This document shows positions 29,370 through 38,350 of a stretch of 64,000 nt of DNA, in pieces (the stretch's first letter is position 1; every line of letters begins with the position of its first letter). A program made the translations under genes and the position numbers. The DNA is from Chlamydiia bacterium (GTDB lineage Bacteria > Chlamydiota > Chlamydiia > Chlamydiales > Rhabdochlamydiaceae), in NCBI GenBank assembly GCA_021324995.1, contig JAJPIB010000032.1:3671-67670 (forward strand), given 5' to 3'. The notes below the pieces were generated by a model. It searched no databases, had not been told where the DNA came from, and saw only the letters and a list, made by a program, of their open reading frames with translations.

Positions 29370-29374
29370 TCCGT

Positions 29375-31015
29375 ATGAGTAGCTTCATGACGAACATCCA
29401 TTTTGAGCTGCTACCCATCGAGATCCACGCCTCCCGCCTTCTGGCTGTCCTGAGATCCCAGTTTGCAAAAGGGGTGACGCTCACAGATCTCGCGTCTTCC
29501 ATCGAAACAGAATCTCTCCAAAAAATCCGTACCGATGTAGGAAAGGCGCTTTGCTCTGAAGCTGAAGATGCCTTCATTGATGCCCAAAGAGCCCTTCAAG
29601 AATCTTTAAAATGGCTGGAATCGATCTCTATTGTCCGAAAAGAGATCCTATTTTCAAAGACTCTTCCAAAAGAAGAACATGAGGTCATCCAACATGCCAA
29701 AGCTGAGCTTCAACATTTAAGCCAACAGCTTATTCCCGCATTGAACGCCATTGTTGCCAAGAGAGAGGAAAAGTGCAAAGACCTTAGCCGCACTCTTAAA
29801 GAGACAATTGACTTCATGGAAAAAGAGACTGCCATCCGGACCCAAAAAATCGTACTTGACTATGAGAGAATGGGAGTAGAGAGCTTTTCCAAAGTCCAAG
29901 AGATCTTCGACACGTTTTTTACCCATTTGAAGAGTCATTCAGACGCCATCATTGATTACATCAAGCCGAGGATGCAGCAGTGGAATAGGGATGCGCTAAG
30001 CACAGGGCGCGGGTTTCTTATCGAAGCCATCCCCGAATTCCCTTGCTCCCTACTGTTTTCAATTCGAGGAGAATGTCGCCTGATCTTTGAAAACGTCGGT
30101 CATCTACTGGGTTCTGGGTTGGATAAGCTGGTCTTTCGTTCGATTTGCTTGCCTGAAGGGAAAATTCAGGCCTTGATTAAACCCATTTTCCATGAAGAAT
30201 CTCCTGAAAATAAGGATTCCGAGATAAAATATTCCCGGGAGAAGGTCCAATTCATGGGGATGTGGCTGGAAACAGAAATGCTAATGAAACTAAAGGGAGC
30301 AAGAGGGATCATCGCCTTGGAGGAGAGGATGGTCTTTGAATGGGACGGGGAAAAAAGACTCTTTTTGGCTGAAGATTACTACTGGGACGGTTCCTTGTGG
30401 GATTATTTGAAGTATCCGATCAAAAACAAGATTGAATCAGCGAAAGTCTCTCCTCAAAAGCAAAAGGAAATTCTCTCCGACCTGCTGCAGGGACTTGTTG
30501 CCATTCATCAATGTCACATTGTCCATCACGACATTAAACCCGACAATATCCTTTTCGATTCGCAAAAAGAAAGATCTGCTGTCATTGCCGACTTTCATTT
30601 AGCGACTTATCTTGGAGACGCTTCTAGACTCAAAAGGATCGGGTTTGTCCCCAAATGGGCCCCTCCTGAGTACGCAAAAATCGAACTCAGCCCCAATAGA
30701 TCCTTTGAAGAGATCTTACAAGAGCGTCTTTGCATCACATCGGGAAAGTTGGATGTATGGGGGATGGGCCTCATCTTTTATATGTTGACGACCTATGAGC
30801 TCCCCTTTTGGGTACAAACGGAAATGCAGACCTTTGACCCAGTAGAGGAAGAAAAGCTATTCCAAGTGACCGGCAATCTAAGAAGGGGGTGGCTTCCCGA
30901 GCATCTTAAGAGTTCCCCCTATTTCCCCCTCTTGGAGAAAATGCTGGAGCCAGATCCTTTAGACCGCTGCACATCTCTTGAGGCGCTTGAGATCCTCAAT
31001 CAGCTCGTCATTTAA
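29375..31015 (+). CDS. Eukaryotic-like Ser/Thr protein kinase with an N-terminal coiled-coil region
   Basis: G-loop LGSGLDKLVF, ALIKP lysine, catalytic loop HHDIKPDNILF, DFH in place of DFG, and PKWAPPEY. The track start at 29351 (TTG) lies inside the terminator hairpin, so I chose the ATG at 29375; an alternative ATG is at 29387. Confidence 0.8.
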   Translation: MSSFMTNIHFELLPIEIHASRLLAVLRSQFAKGVTLTDLASSIETESLQKIRTDVGKALCSEAEDAFIDAQRALQESLKWLESISIVRKEILFSKTLPKEEHEVIQHAKAELQHLSQQLIPALNAIVAKREEKCKDLSRTLKETIDFMEKETAIRTQKIVLDYERMGVESFSKVQEIFDTFFTHLKSHSDAIIDYIKPRMQQWNRDALSTGRGFLIEAIPEFPCSLLFSIRGECRLIFENVGHLLGSGLDKLVFRSICLPEGKIQALIKPIFHEESPENKDSEIKYSREKVQFMGMWLETEMLMKLKGARGIIALEERMVFEWDGEKRLFLAEDYYWDGSLWDYLKYPIKNKIESAKVSPQKQKEILSDLLQGLVAIHQCHIVHHDIKPDNILFDSQKERSAVIADFHLATYLGDASRLKRIGFVPKWAPPEYAKIELSPNRSFEEILQERLCITSGKLDVWGMGLIFYMLTTYELPFWVQTEMQTFDPVEEEKLFQVTGNLRRGWLPEHLKSSPYFPLLEKMLEPDPLDRCTSLEALEILNQLVI

Positions 31016-31497
31016 CTGCGCATCCAATCCGATCGCTTCGCTTTTTTGATTTTGGAAGATTTCTTTTTTTGAGGGGCTTTTGAAAGAAGGGATTCGGGGC
31101 TTTCTAATTTCTCCTCTTTTTGAGCATGAATCAGCTTGACAAGCTCTTCCCCTTCTTGGGCTAGCTTTTCCTTGGATTCCTGGATCCTTTTCCATTGTTC
31201 AGGGGTGAAATTAGCGGGGTTTTCTGCATTGGCGATAAGCTGCTCTTCGCTAATCCCCGATTTTTTGCACATAATTTTGATGTGGTCCTTCATGTGTTCA
31301 TGCAGCTCCTTCATCATGCGGGCGGCGGCGATCTTGTCCTCTTGATCACCAGTGATGATCATCTGCTTCAGAAGCTCAATAAAATCGAGCGATTTTTGAA
31401 AGATCTCTTGGACATTCCCTCCCCTTCCCTCTGCAGCCTGCTGATACATGAAAATCAAACGCGAAAACTCTTCTCTGAACATTAAGAACGCATCCAT
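31012..31497 (-). CDS. Hypothetical helical protein, paralog 2 of a tandem pair
   Basis: 161 aa. It shares ...NP(A/S)NFTPEQW..IQES... and a Lys-rich tail ending in (D/Q)WMRS* with the upstream ORF. Confidence 0.65.
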   Translation of the reverse strand: MDAFLMFREEFSRLIFMYQQAAEGRGGNVQEIFQKSLDFIELLKQMIITGDQEDKIAAARMMKELHEHMKDHIKIMCKKSGISEEQLIANAENPANFTPEQWKRIQESKEKLAQEGEELVKLIHAQKEEKLESPESLLSKAPQKKKSSKIKKAKRSDWMRS

Positions 31498-31910
31498 TGA
31501 GATTTTTTCGACTTTTTACCCCCTTTCCCTAAGGAAGGCTTCTTGCCCAGCCCCTCTACTGCCTTTGCGAGGTCTTCCCCGGCTTTGGAAATTTGCTGCC
31601 TTGATTCCTGAATAGCGGCCCACTGCTCGGGGGTAAAATTGGAGGGGTTATCTGCATAGGAGAGAAGCTGCTCTTCCGTGAGACCCGATTTCTCTGTAAT
31701 TTGCTGGGCAGCGATGATCATCTGACTATAAAGTTCGCTCATCATCTTCATCGCCTCCTGCTTCTCTTCGGGAGTACCCTTCTCAATCTGCGTTTTGAGA
31801 TGCTTGAAAAATTCCAAAGATTGGGAAAAGACTTCGTCCAGGCTCGAGAGGTTTCCCTCGGCCCCTTCACGAAACAGTTTGAGTAAACGATCAAAGTCAT
31901 CTTTCAGCAT
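31482..31910 (-). CDS. Hypothetical helical protein, paralog 1 of a tandem pair
   Basis: 142 aa. Its stop overlaps the start region of the next paralog by 16 nt. It has the same motif set and a C-terminal KKSKKSQWMRS*. Confidence 0.65.
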   Translation of the reverse strand: MLKDDFDRLLKLFREGAEGNLSSLDEVFSQSLEFFKHLKTQIEKGTPEEKQEAMKMMSELYSQMIIAAQQITEKSGLTEEQLLSYADNPSNFTPEQWAAIQESRQQISKAGEDLAKAVEGLGKKPSLGKGGKKSKKSQWMRS

Positions 31911-32035
31911 CGAATATCGCCAACAATAATAGTCCCCTTAATTTTATTATCATTAATTAACATTTTTAATTCACTTTATTTAAAAAAATGAGAAAAATTA
32001 CCCTCCATATAGAACAGCACTCAAAGTATACTAAA

Positions 32036-32061
32036 GCCGATTCTTGAACCATTTTTGCTAT
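32036..32061. repeat. Degenerate solo terminal repeat of MITE subfamily B
   Basis: gccgattcttgaaccatttttgctat compared with the subfamily B end accgattcttgaatcattttcggtat. Confidence 0.35.
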
Positions 32062-32109
32062 GTAAAAAGCTTTTTGCAGTTGCTTTTAACAGAATAAGGG
32101 GTTAAACCT

Positions 32110-32553
32110 TTGGTGGTGTGGGTATATAGGGAGTGTTTGGCTTTGCTTGAACCATTGATAAGAAGGCTTGCTGAAGAACTGGAGCTTGACGAGGTGCCTG
32201 TCAGGGAAAAAGATAGCGCCTACCAAGTGCTTCTGAACACAGACTTAAAGATCCGCATTCAAGAATTGGATCCGGGACTTGCGTTTTGGGCACGGATTGC
32301 GCCCTGTCCCAAAGAGAAGCGGGAAGATCTCTTTATTTTGCTCATGAAAGCAAATTTTCTAGGCCAGGGAACGGGGAATAATACGATTGCATTGGACGAA
32401 AATGAGAACTTCTTGACACTCTCTTCTGTTTTACCGTATGACATGAACTATAAAACGTTCAAAGATGCGCTAGAAGATTTTGCAAATTATCGCGACTATT
32501 GGAAAGAAGAAATCATCCGATATAACAAAGCGGCCCAAGAAAATATATTCTGA
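32110..32553 (+). CDS. Class I T3SS chaperone-like protein (CT663/Scc4-position gene)
   Basis: 147 aa, small and acidic. It contains the ...IALDENENFLTLSSVLP... pattern common in CesT/SycE-type chaperones and lies directly upstream of the FHA-SctD gene, as CT663 does in C. trachomatis. The start codon is uncertain (TTG in the track). Confidence 0.55.
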   Translation: MVVWVYRECLALLEPLIRRLAEELELDEVPVREKDSAYQVLLNTDLKIRIQELDPGLAFWARIAPCPKEKREDLFILLMKANFLGQGTGNNTIALDENENFLTLSSVLPYDMNYKTFKDALEDFANYRDYWKEEIIRYNKAAQENIF

Positions 32554-32584
32554 TCTGAAGATTTTTTTAAGGAATTACTAATTA

Positions 32585-34315
32585 ATGGCTGGCTATCTCA
32601 TCGCAGAGGAAGGCCCTCTCGCTGGACTTATCGTCCGGATGGAAGAGGGAGAGGAATGGATTTTAGGCAGAGACCCCGACGAAGTGACCATCGTGCTCGA
32701 AGATCCGATGGTTTCGAGGAAACATGTCATCTGCAAGCTGACTGCAGAAGGATACATTCTCGAAAATTTAAGCTCGGTCAACCCTGCGACGCAAGACGGA
32801 AAGGTGATCACCGAGCCTGTTTTGCTGCGCGAAAATGACATTTTACAAATTGGAAGCACGTTTTTCCGTTTCACCGAAAAAACGCCCTCCGATACCTTTG
32901 AGGATACTTCCATTCCTCACGAGCCCGAAATGATTGAAGAAAAAGAAGACCTCTCTTCTGTAAACGTCGAAACGACGGATGAAGTTCGCTGGTTTCTAAA
33001 AGTCATTTCCGGTCCAAATAGCGGTGCAGAATTCGCCATGCAGCGCGGGTCTACCTATATTTTGGGAAAAGACCCCAACTTATGCGACATTGTTTTTCAA
33101 GATTTGAGCGTTTCCAGGCAGCATGCCCGTCTAATTGTCGACAATGATAACGCTATTTTTATCGAAGATTTGGGCAGCCGCAACGGCGTTCTCATCAATG
33201 GTGAGCCGGTGACGGATAGGCACCCCATTTCTTCTCAGGATCTGGTCGCTTTGGGTACAACATCCTTTTTGATGCTTGACCGCGAGCAAGTCCATGAGAC
33301 TATTATTTCTCCTCCTTATATCCACCCATCCAAACCTGAAGAAGAACTCCCTGCTCCTTCCACTTCCACTGCAGAAGCTGTCATAGAAAGGAAAGACTGG
33401 CGCGAGATCATCATCCCGAAAAAACATCTCATCCTAGCCGGAGTATTTAGCCTCGCTGTCCTTGCAGGACTTGTTAGTATGATGGCTCTATTTAAATCTA
33501 ATACGATTGTTGTTCCTGTCGTCGATGAAAGTCGCACTATTCGAGAGGCTATCCCAGGATTTGAAGATGTGCAATTTTCCTATAATCCCTCGAACGGAAA
33601 AATCTTTTTAGTCGGCCATGTCCTGACTGCCGTCGACAAACAGGAGCTTCTTTACAAAATTAATAACCTTCCTTTCATCCGAAGCGTTGAAGACAATATC
33701 GTCGTCGATGAACTTGTTTGGGAAAACACAAACGCTCTATTGATGACCAATCCCAACTGGATCGGTGTTTCCGTTTACTCCCAAGTTCCGGGCAAATTCG
33801 CACTCAGAGGATATGTGCAAACCCCGGAGCAGATGCAGGCCCTCACCGATTACATCAACCTCAACTTTCCTTATCTTGATAAACTTGACAACCAGGTTGT
33901 GATCGAAACAAACTTGGAAACTCAGGTGGGAAGCATGCTTCAGGCAAGAGGATTTAGCGGGGTTACCGCTCAGATTAATAACGGGGAAATTGTTCTAGCC
34001 GGCAGAGTCGACCAGAAACAAACGCATGCTTTTTCCGAAATGGTCGATCAGATGAGAGCGCTCAAAGGCATTCGAACCGTAAAAAACTTTGTGATTTACA
34101 CTACCGCTGATACCTCGCGCATCGACATCTCCTCCCAATACAGAATCTCAGGATACTCGAAAAAAGATGACCAAAAAATGTTCATTGTGATTAATGGAAG
34201 AATCCTCAGTATTGGCGATACGATCGATGGGATGACAGTTACAGGAATTCTTCCAAATATGGTATTGCTTGAAAAAGATGGATTAAAATTTAGAATTAAC
34301 TACAATCTGCAATAA
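32585..34315 (+). CDS. sctD: T3SS inner-membrane ring protein SctD (CdsD) with two N-terminal FHA domains
   Basis: Two FHA-like units (GRDPDEVTIVLEDPMVSRKHVIC...NGT-like; GKDPNLCDIVFQDLSVSRQHARL...SRNGVLING). One TM segment (LILAGVFSLAVLAGLVSMMALF). A periplasmic C-terminal region. The position matches CT664. Confidence 0.85.
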   Translation: MAGYLIAEEGPLAGLIVRMEEGEEWILGRDPDEVTIVLEDPMVSRKHVICKLTAEGYILENLSSVNPATQDGKVITEPVLLRENDILQIGSTFFRFTEKTPSDTFEDTSIPHEPEMIEEKEDLSSVNVETTDEVRWFLKVISGPNSGAEFAMQRGSTYILGKDPNLCDIVFQDLSVSRQHARLIVDNDNAIFIEDLGSRNGVLINGEPVTDRHPISSQDLVALGTTSFLMLDREQVHETIISPPYIHPSKPEEELPAPSTSTAEAVIERKDWREIIIPKKHLILAGVFSLAVLAGLVSMMALFKSNTIVVPVVDESRTIREAIPGFEDVQFSYNPSNGKIFLVGHVLTAVDKQELLYKINNLPFIRSVEDNIVVDELVWENTNALLMTNPNWIGVSVYSQVPGKFALRGYVQTPEQMQALTDYINLNFPYLDKLDNQVVIETNLETQVGSMLQARGFSGVTAQINNGEIVLAGRVDQKQTHAFSEMVDQMRALKGIRTVKNFVIYTTADTSRIDISSQYRISGYSKKDDQKMFIVINGRILSIGDTIDGMTVTGILPNMVLLEKDGLKFRINYNLQ

Positions 34316-34383
34316 GCTACGGGCACCTCTCGGAGAACCTTTTGGATAGCGCTGTAGTAGAATACACCAATGGAGCGAAGCTT

Positions 34384-34620
34384 ATGTACGGCTTAGAAAA
34401 GAAAGAGAGAGCTCTTTTTGAATTCGACCTCGAAAAAGAATTAAAGAGCAATCCTTCAAAAGCGAAAGAACTCCTTAAGACAGTGGATGCGCGCATTCAT
34501 GAAATCAAAAACACTTTAAGACAGGGCACGAGCTCCGAAGGCTTCGATCATTTAGGTGTTTTGCTCCACGGTTACGCAGCCTTACAAAAAGTACTAACGA
34601 AAATTGCCAATAAGAAATAA
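34384..34620 (+). CDS. cdsE: Needle co-chaperone CdsE/YscE-like
   Basis: A small helical protein directly upstream of the needle gene. ATG at 34384 is preceded by ggag; the track's TTG start at 34342 is probably over-extended. Confidence 0.55.
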   Translation: MYGLEKKERALFEFDLEKELKSNPSKAKELLKTVDARIHEIKNTLRQGTSSEGFDHLGVLLHGYAALQKVLTKIANKK

Positions 34621-34637
34621 TAAAAGGAGAATTCCTC

Positions 34638-34886
34638 ATGGCTGAATCCCAATGGTGTACAATATCATTCACTACACTGATTAAACAATACCAGAAGCTG
34701 CAAAGCCAGGTTATTTCCCAAGTCCGCGCTGTTGCGAGTAAAATTTCTCAAGCGACGCCGGGTAAGTTCCTGTTGTTGCAATTCTCGATGAGCCAAGTGA
34801 CTCAGATCGGCGAATCGATTTCTAACTTGATCTCGCAGGTGCAATCGGTGGTCAATAACATGGTGCGGAATCAGAAAGTCCAGTAA
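34638..34886 (+). CDS. sctF: T3SS needle filament protein SctF (CdsF)
   Basis: 82 aa. The pattern PGKFLLLQFSMSQVTQIGESISNLISQVQSVVNNMVRNQK is typical of the YscF/MxiH/PrgI family (P..LL.LQ....... S.....K-like C-terminal helix). Confidence 0.8.
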   Translation: MAESQWCTISFTTLIKQYQKLQSQVISQVRAVASKISQATPGKFLLLQFSMSQVTQIGESISNLISQVQSVVNNMVRNQKVQ

Positions 34887-34931
34887 TCCGTTCCTTGCTT
34901 CGTTTGAAAACTTTAAAAATAAGGTGGTAAC

Positions 34932-35378
34932 ATGGGACAGCTTCAACAATACAAAGATCACTTCATCCTATTGGCTGAAGCCGGTTTTATTGCGATTAAC
35001 CAAGCCGATGAAGATGCAGCAATCAAGCTGTTCAAGGCCGCAGAACTCCTCGATCCTCAAAACGTGCTTCCAAAAATCGGTTTTGGCTACATGCATCTCT
35101 GTAAGCTTGAGCTTAAGCAAGCCGCTAAATCCTTTGAAAGCATCTTAGCAGAAGATCCACATAATGAAATGGCGCGCGCTTTTTTGGGCCTCAGTCTGTC
35201 GCTCAATCCCGCAGAATGCGCAAAAGGAGAAAAAGTGCTTGAAGAATCGCTCAAATCGTCCAAAGATCCCGCTGTACAAGGGCTAGCAAAAAGTTCATTG
35301 GAGTTTGTCGAGAAGTTTGTTAAAAAATCTCCTTCTCCAGCACAAAGTGCGATGCACCAAAAGAAGGACCACAAATAA
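34932..35378 (+). CDS. cdsG: TPR-like needle chaperone CdsG/YscG-like
   Basis: 148 aa with TPR-like helical repeats (AAIKLFKAAELLDPQN, AAKSFESILAEDPHN). The position after sctF matches CT667. Confidence 0.6.
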   Translation: MGQLQQYKDHFILLAEAGFIAINQADEDAAIKLFKAAELLDPQNVLPKIGFGYMHLCKLELKQAAKSFESILAEDPHNEMARAFLGLSLSLNPAECAKGEKVLEESLKSSKDPAVQGLAKSSLEFVEKFVKKSPSPAQSAMHQKKDHK

Positions 35379-35410
35379 ATCAGCTCATTTTCAGTCACCT
35401 TCGGCATAAA

Positions 35411-35437
35411 AGGCGGAAATCTCTTCCGCTTTTTTTT
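35411..35437 (+). terminator. Rho-independent terminator after cdsG
   Basis: ggcggaa-atctc-ttccgc followed by a run of eight T. Confidence 0.7.
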
Positions 35438-35655
35438 ACAAAAAAATCAGAGTCAAAGGAATTTATATTTAGATTTTATTTAGATTAATGAAATTAAGAT
35501 GATAAACAAAGTATCTTCATGACCAAAAATATGCTTTGTGATATTCCTAAACTAGCGCCCTCTGAAATGAGCTTTTTTGTTGAGTGGCTTTGCTCTCAAA
35601 AAGTTTTCTTTTGAAGAACGCACAATCCAACACCCCAATAGAGTGAGAGTTTCCA

Positions 35656-36318
35656 ATGGCAGATAATTCCTTGCCCGGCGGCGTCGAAGATCCAGGAAGA
35701 GTTTTTTCCACAGAATCCATTGGGTCAAGCGGAAAAGAAAGCCTTTCTGTCCCCAACCAATCTTTTACAGCCTTTATGCAGAAGGGAGCAGCGCCTACTC
35801 CCATGGAAACCGCAGGGAAATCCTCAACGATTTCTCCTTTCAGCTTGATGCAGGGTCAACCTCCTGTGGCAACAACGCCGAGTCTTGACACACTTATGAC
35901 ACAAGTTAAAAATGTCCACAGCACTCTAGGAGACATTAACACGCAACTCAACACACCTAATCTTAAATTGAAAGCTTCTACTAAATACCTTGTAAAGAAC
36001 AAACTCACCGATGCCAATGAACATCTCCGCTCTTTCAATGAGCGAATCGGCGCGGAAGTTCCTAAACAACCAGATGCGAGTAAATTTTCTGGGCCTTTGG
36101 GTAGGTTTTTTGCTTACTTGAACGACGGACAGGCTCAGATGGAACAGGCCAAAATACAGCTTCAAAATCTGAAGGAAAAAGGAACGAATATGTCTCCAAG
36201 CGACTTTCTTCTGGTTCAAATAAAAATGAATAAAGCACAACAGCTCCTCGAATTTACTTCTGTGCTTCTTTCGAATGCTGTTTCCGCATTTAAACAGATA
36301 ATGCAAGTCCAACTTTAA
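35656..36318 (+). CDS. Hypothetical T3SS-cluster protein (CT668-position gene)
   Basis: 220 aa and hydrophilic, lying immediately upstream of sctN. The assignment rests on synteny only. Confidence 0.55.
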   Translation: MADNSLPGGVEDPGRVFSTESIGSSGKESLSVPNQSFTAFMQKGAAPTPMETAGKSSTISPFSLMQGQPPVATTPSLDTLMTQVKNVHSTLGDINTQLNTPNLKLKASTKYLVKNKLTDANEHLRSFNERIGAEVPKQPDASKFSGPLGRFFAYLNDGQAQMEQAKIQLQNLKEKGTNMSPSDFLLVQIKMNKAQQLLEFTSVLLSNAVSAFKQIMQVQL

Positions 36319-36400
36319 ATTTTTGTGGAGGAGTTTTATGGATACAATCATTTTTATTGCTCTTACAGAAGATACTTCTCCCAAAAGGAATAAATAAGCG

Positions 36401-37720
36401 ATGGAACAACCTCCGGACTTTGAAAATCTCATTACCCACCTTGATGAGCTAGAACTCACTACTGTGCATGGCCGCATTACTGAAGTTGTAGGAATGCTGA
36501 TCAAAGCCGTGGTGCCTCAAGTCAAAATGGGCGAGGTAGTGGTGATCAAGCGCGATGGCGAGCCTCTAATGGCAGAGGTCGTCGGTTTTACGCGTGAAGA
36601 GGTGTATCTTTCGCCGCTGGGCGAGATGTCGGGAATTGGAACTTCTTCCGAAGTAATTCCTTTGCGCATGCCCATGCACATCAAGGTGGGCCCGGGCTTA
36701 TTAGGCCGCGTCTTAAACGGTTTGGGCAAGCCCATAGACATAGAGACAAAAGGCCCTTTGACCGATGTAGAAGAATCCTTTCCAGTCATAGGCCCCCCTC
36801 CCGATCCCCTCAAGCGAAGCTTAATTGAAGAGCCAATCTCTGTAGGAATACGCTGCATCGATGGCGTACTTACATGCGGGAAAGGACAGCGCATGGGCAT
36901 TTTTGCCGCAGCAGGCGGCGGAAAGTCTACCCTGCTCGGGATGATAGCGCGCAATGCAAAAGCCGATGTGAATGTAATCAGTTTGATCGGCGAGCGCGGA
37001 CGCGAGGTGCGCGAGTTCTTAGAGAATGATTTAGGTCCTGAAGGGATGGCGCGATCGGTGATCATTGTGTCCACCTCCGACCAAGCGGCGCAGCTCAGAA
37101 TCAACGCTGCCTATGTGGGCACAGCCATTGCTGAATATTTCCGCGAGCAGGGAAAAACCGTCATTCTAATGATGGACTCTGTCACGCGTTTTGCCCGCGC
37201 CTTACGAGAAATTGGCCTCGCTGCGGGCGAGCCTCCCGCTAGAGCTGGCTTTACTCCTTCCGTTTTTGCGACACTGCCTCGTCTTTTAGAGAGATCGGGT
37301 AATTCGGAAAAGGGATCAATGACAGCGTTTTATACCGTGCTGGTCGCAGGCGATGATATGAATGAGCCAGTTTCTGATGAAACCCGGTCCATTCTCGATG
37401 GCCATATTATTTTATCTTCCGAGCTCGCGCGCCAATACCACTACCCTGCCATCGATGTTCTCGGCTCCATCAGCCGTATTCTTTCAAATGTCGTCGATAA
37501 AGAACATCTTCAGCTGATTGGAAAAATTCGCGAAGTCCTTGCTAACTTCAAGAAAAATGAGTTGCTCATTCGCATTGGAGAATACAAGCCAGGCTCAGAT
37601 AAAGGAGCTGACTTTGCGATTAAATACATCGACAAAGTGAATCGTTTCTTAAAACAATTGGTCGATGAAAAATCAAGCTTTGAAGAAACTTTGCACCAAC
37701 TTAAAGCTTTATTTCGATGA
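36401..37720 (+). CDS. sctN: T3SS ATPase SctN (CdsN)
   Basis: Walker [18 protein letters not shown], Walker [15 protein letters not shown], and a FliI/YscN-like C-terminus. Confidence 0.95.
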   Translation: MEQPPDFENLITHLDELELTTVHGRITEVVGMLIKAVVPQVKMGEVVVIKRDGEPLMAEVVGFTREEVYLSPLGEMSGIGTSSEVIPLRMPMHIKVGPGLLGRVLNGLGKPIDIETKGPLTDVEESFPVIGPPPDPLKRSLIEEPISVGIRCIDGVLTCGKGQRMGIFAAAGGGKSTLLGMIARNAKADVNVISLIGERGREVREFLENDLGPEGMARSVIIVSTSDQAAQLRINAAYVGTAIAEYFREQGKTVILMMDSVTRFARALREIGLAAGEPPARAGFTPSVFATLPRLLERSGNSEKGSMTAFYTVLVAGDDMNEPVSDETRSILDGHIILSSELARQYHYPAIDVLGSISRILSNVVDKEHLQLIGKIREVLANFKKNELLIRIGEYKPGSDKGADFAIKYIDKVNRFLKQLVDEKSSFEETLHQLKALFR

Positions 37721-38229
37721 GCGATGCCCCACATCACTATCCTCTTGAACAAATCGCAATCATCAAACAGAAAAAGTTCGATGAAGCCGAGAAAGTTCTT
37801 CGGGAAAAAAAGAAAGCTTTAGAGCTCGAAGAAGAAAAACTTATTGCTGTTGAAAAAGAACGGGATGAGGTGAAAGATCACCGCTTTGCCAAATTGACGC
37901 AGCTTCGCGAAAAAATGGATGAGGGTGCGCCATCAGATAAGATCCAACAAATGCGCTATTACCTAAAAATCGTGGATGAAAAGCTGAAATTGAAAGAGGT
38001 GAAGGTTAAAGAGCATCAAAAGCTTGTCGAAAATGCCAAGCAGCAAGTGGAAAATGCGCGCGCTGACCTTCTCAAAAAACAGCAAGATGTCGAAAAGATG
38101 CAAATCCATCGCAAGGAATGGGAGAAAGAAGTCAAAGCCATCGCAGAGCATAAAGAAGGCGTTGAATCCGATGAGATGGGATCTTCCCTCCATCAGCGCC
38201 GCAAGCAAGCCTCCAAAAAAAAACACTAG
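37717..38229 (+). CDS. sctO: T3SS stalk protein SctO (CdsO)
   Basis: A 170-aa charged coiled-coil protein. Its start overlaps the sctN stop (ATGA). The position matches CT670. Confidence 0.7.
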   Translation: MSDAPHHYPLEQIAIIKQKKFDEAEKVLREKKKALELEEEKLIAVEKERDEVKDHRFAKLTQLREKMDEGAPSDKIQQMRYYLKIVDEKLKLKEVKVKEHQKLVENAKQQVENARADLLKKQQDVEKMQIHRKEWEKEVKAIAEHKEGVESDEMGSSLHQRRKQASKKKH

Positions 38230-38350
38230 ACTTCTGTTCAGATTGAACACTGGACAATTGCGCGTACCTAGAGTATAGGTGTATAAAACTCATTTCTTTA
38301 ACGAATGAGTTTCAGTAGGCGATTGGCCTTGAACCTAAACTTGAGGATGT

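Noticed and set aside
29351-29374. TTG start at 29351 for the kinase ORF
   Set aside because: It lies inside the terminator hairpin and T-run of the upstream operon. ATG at 29375 or 29387 is more plausible.
35926-36504. 192-aa minus-strand ORF bridging the CT668-position gene and sctN
   Set aside because: It is antisense to two well-supported plus-strand genes and their junction. No motif is present and the composition is low-complexity.
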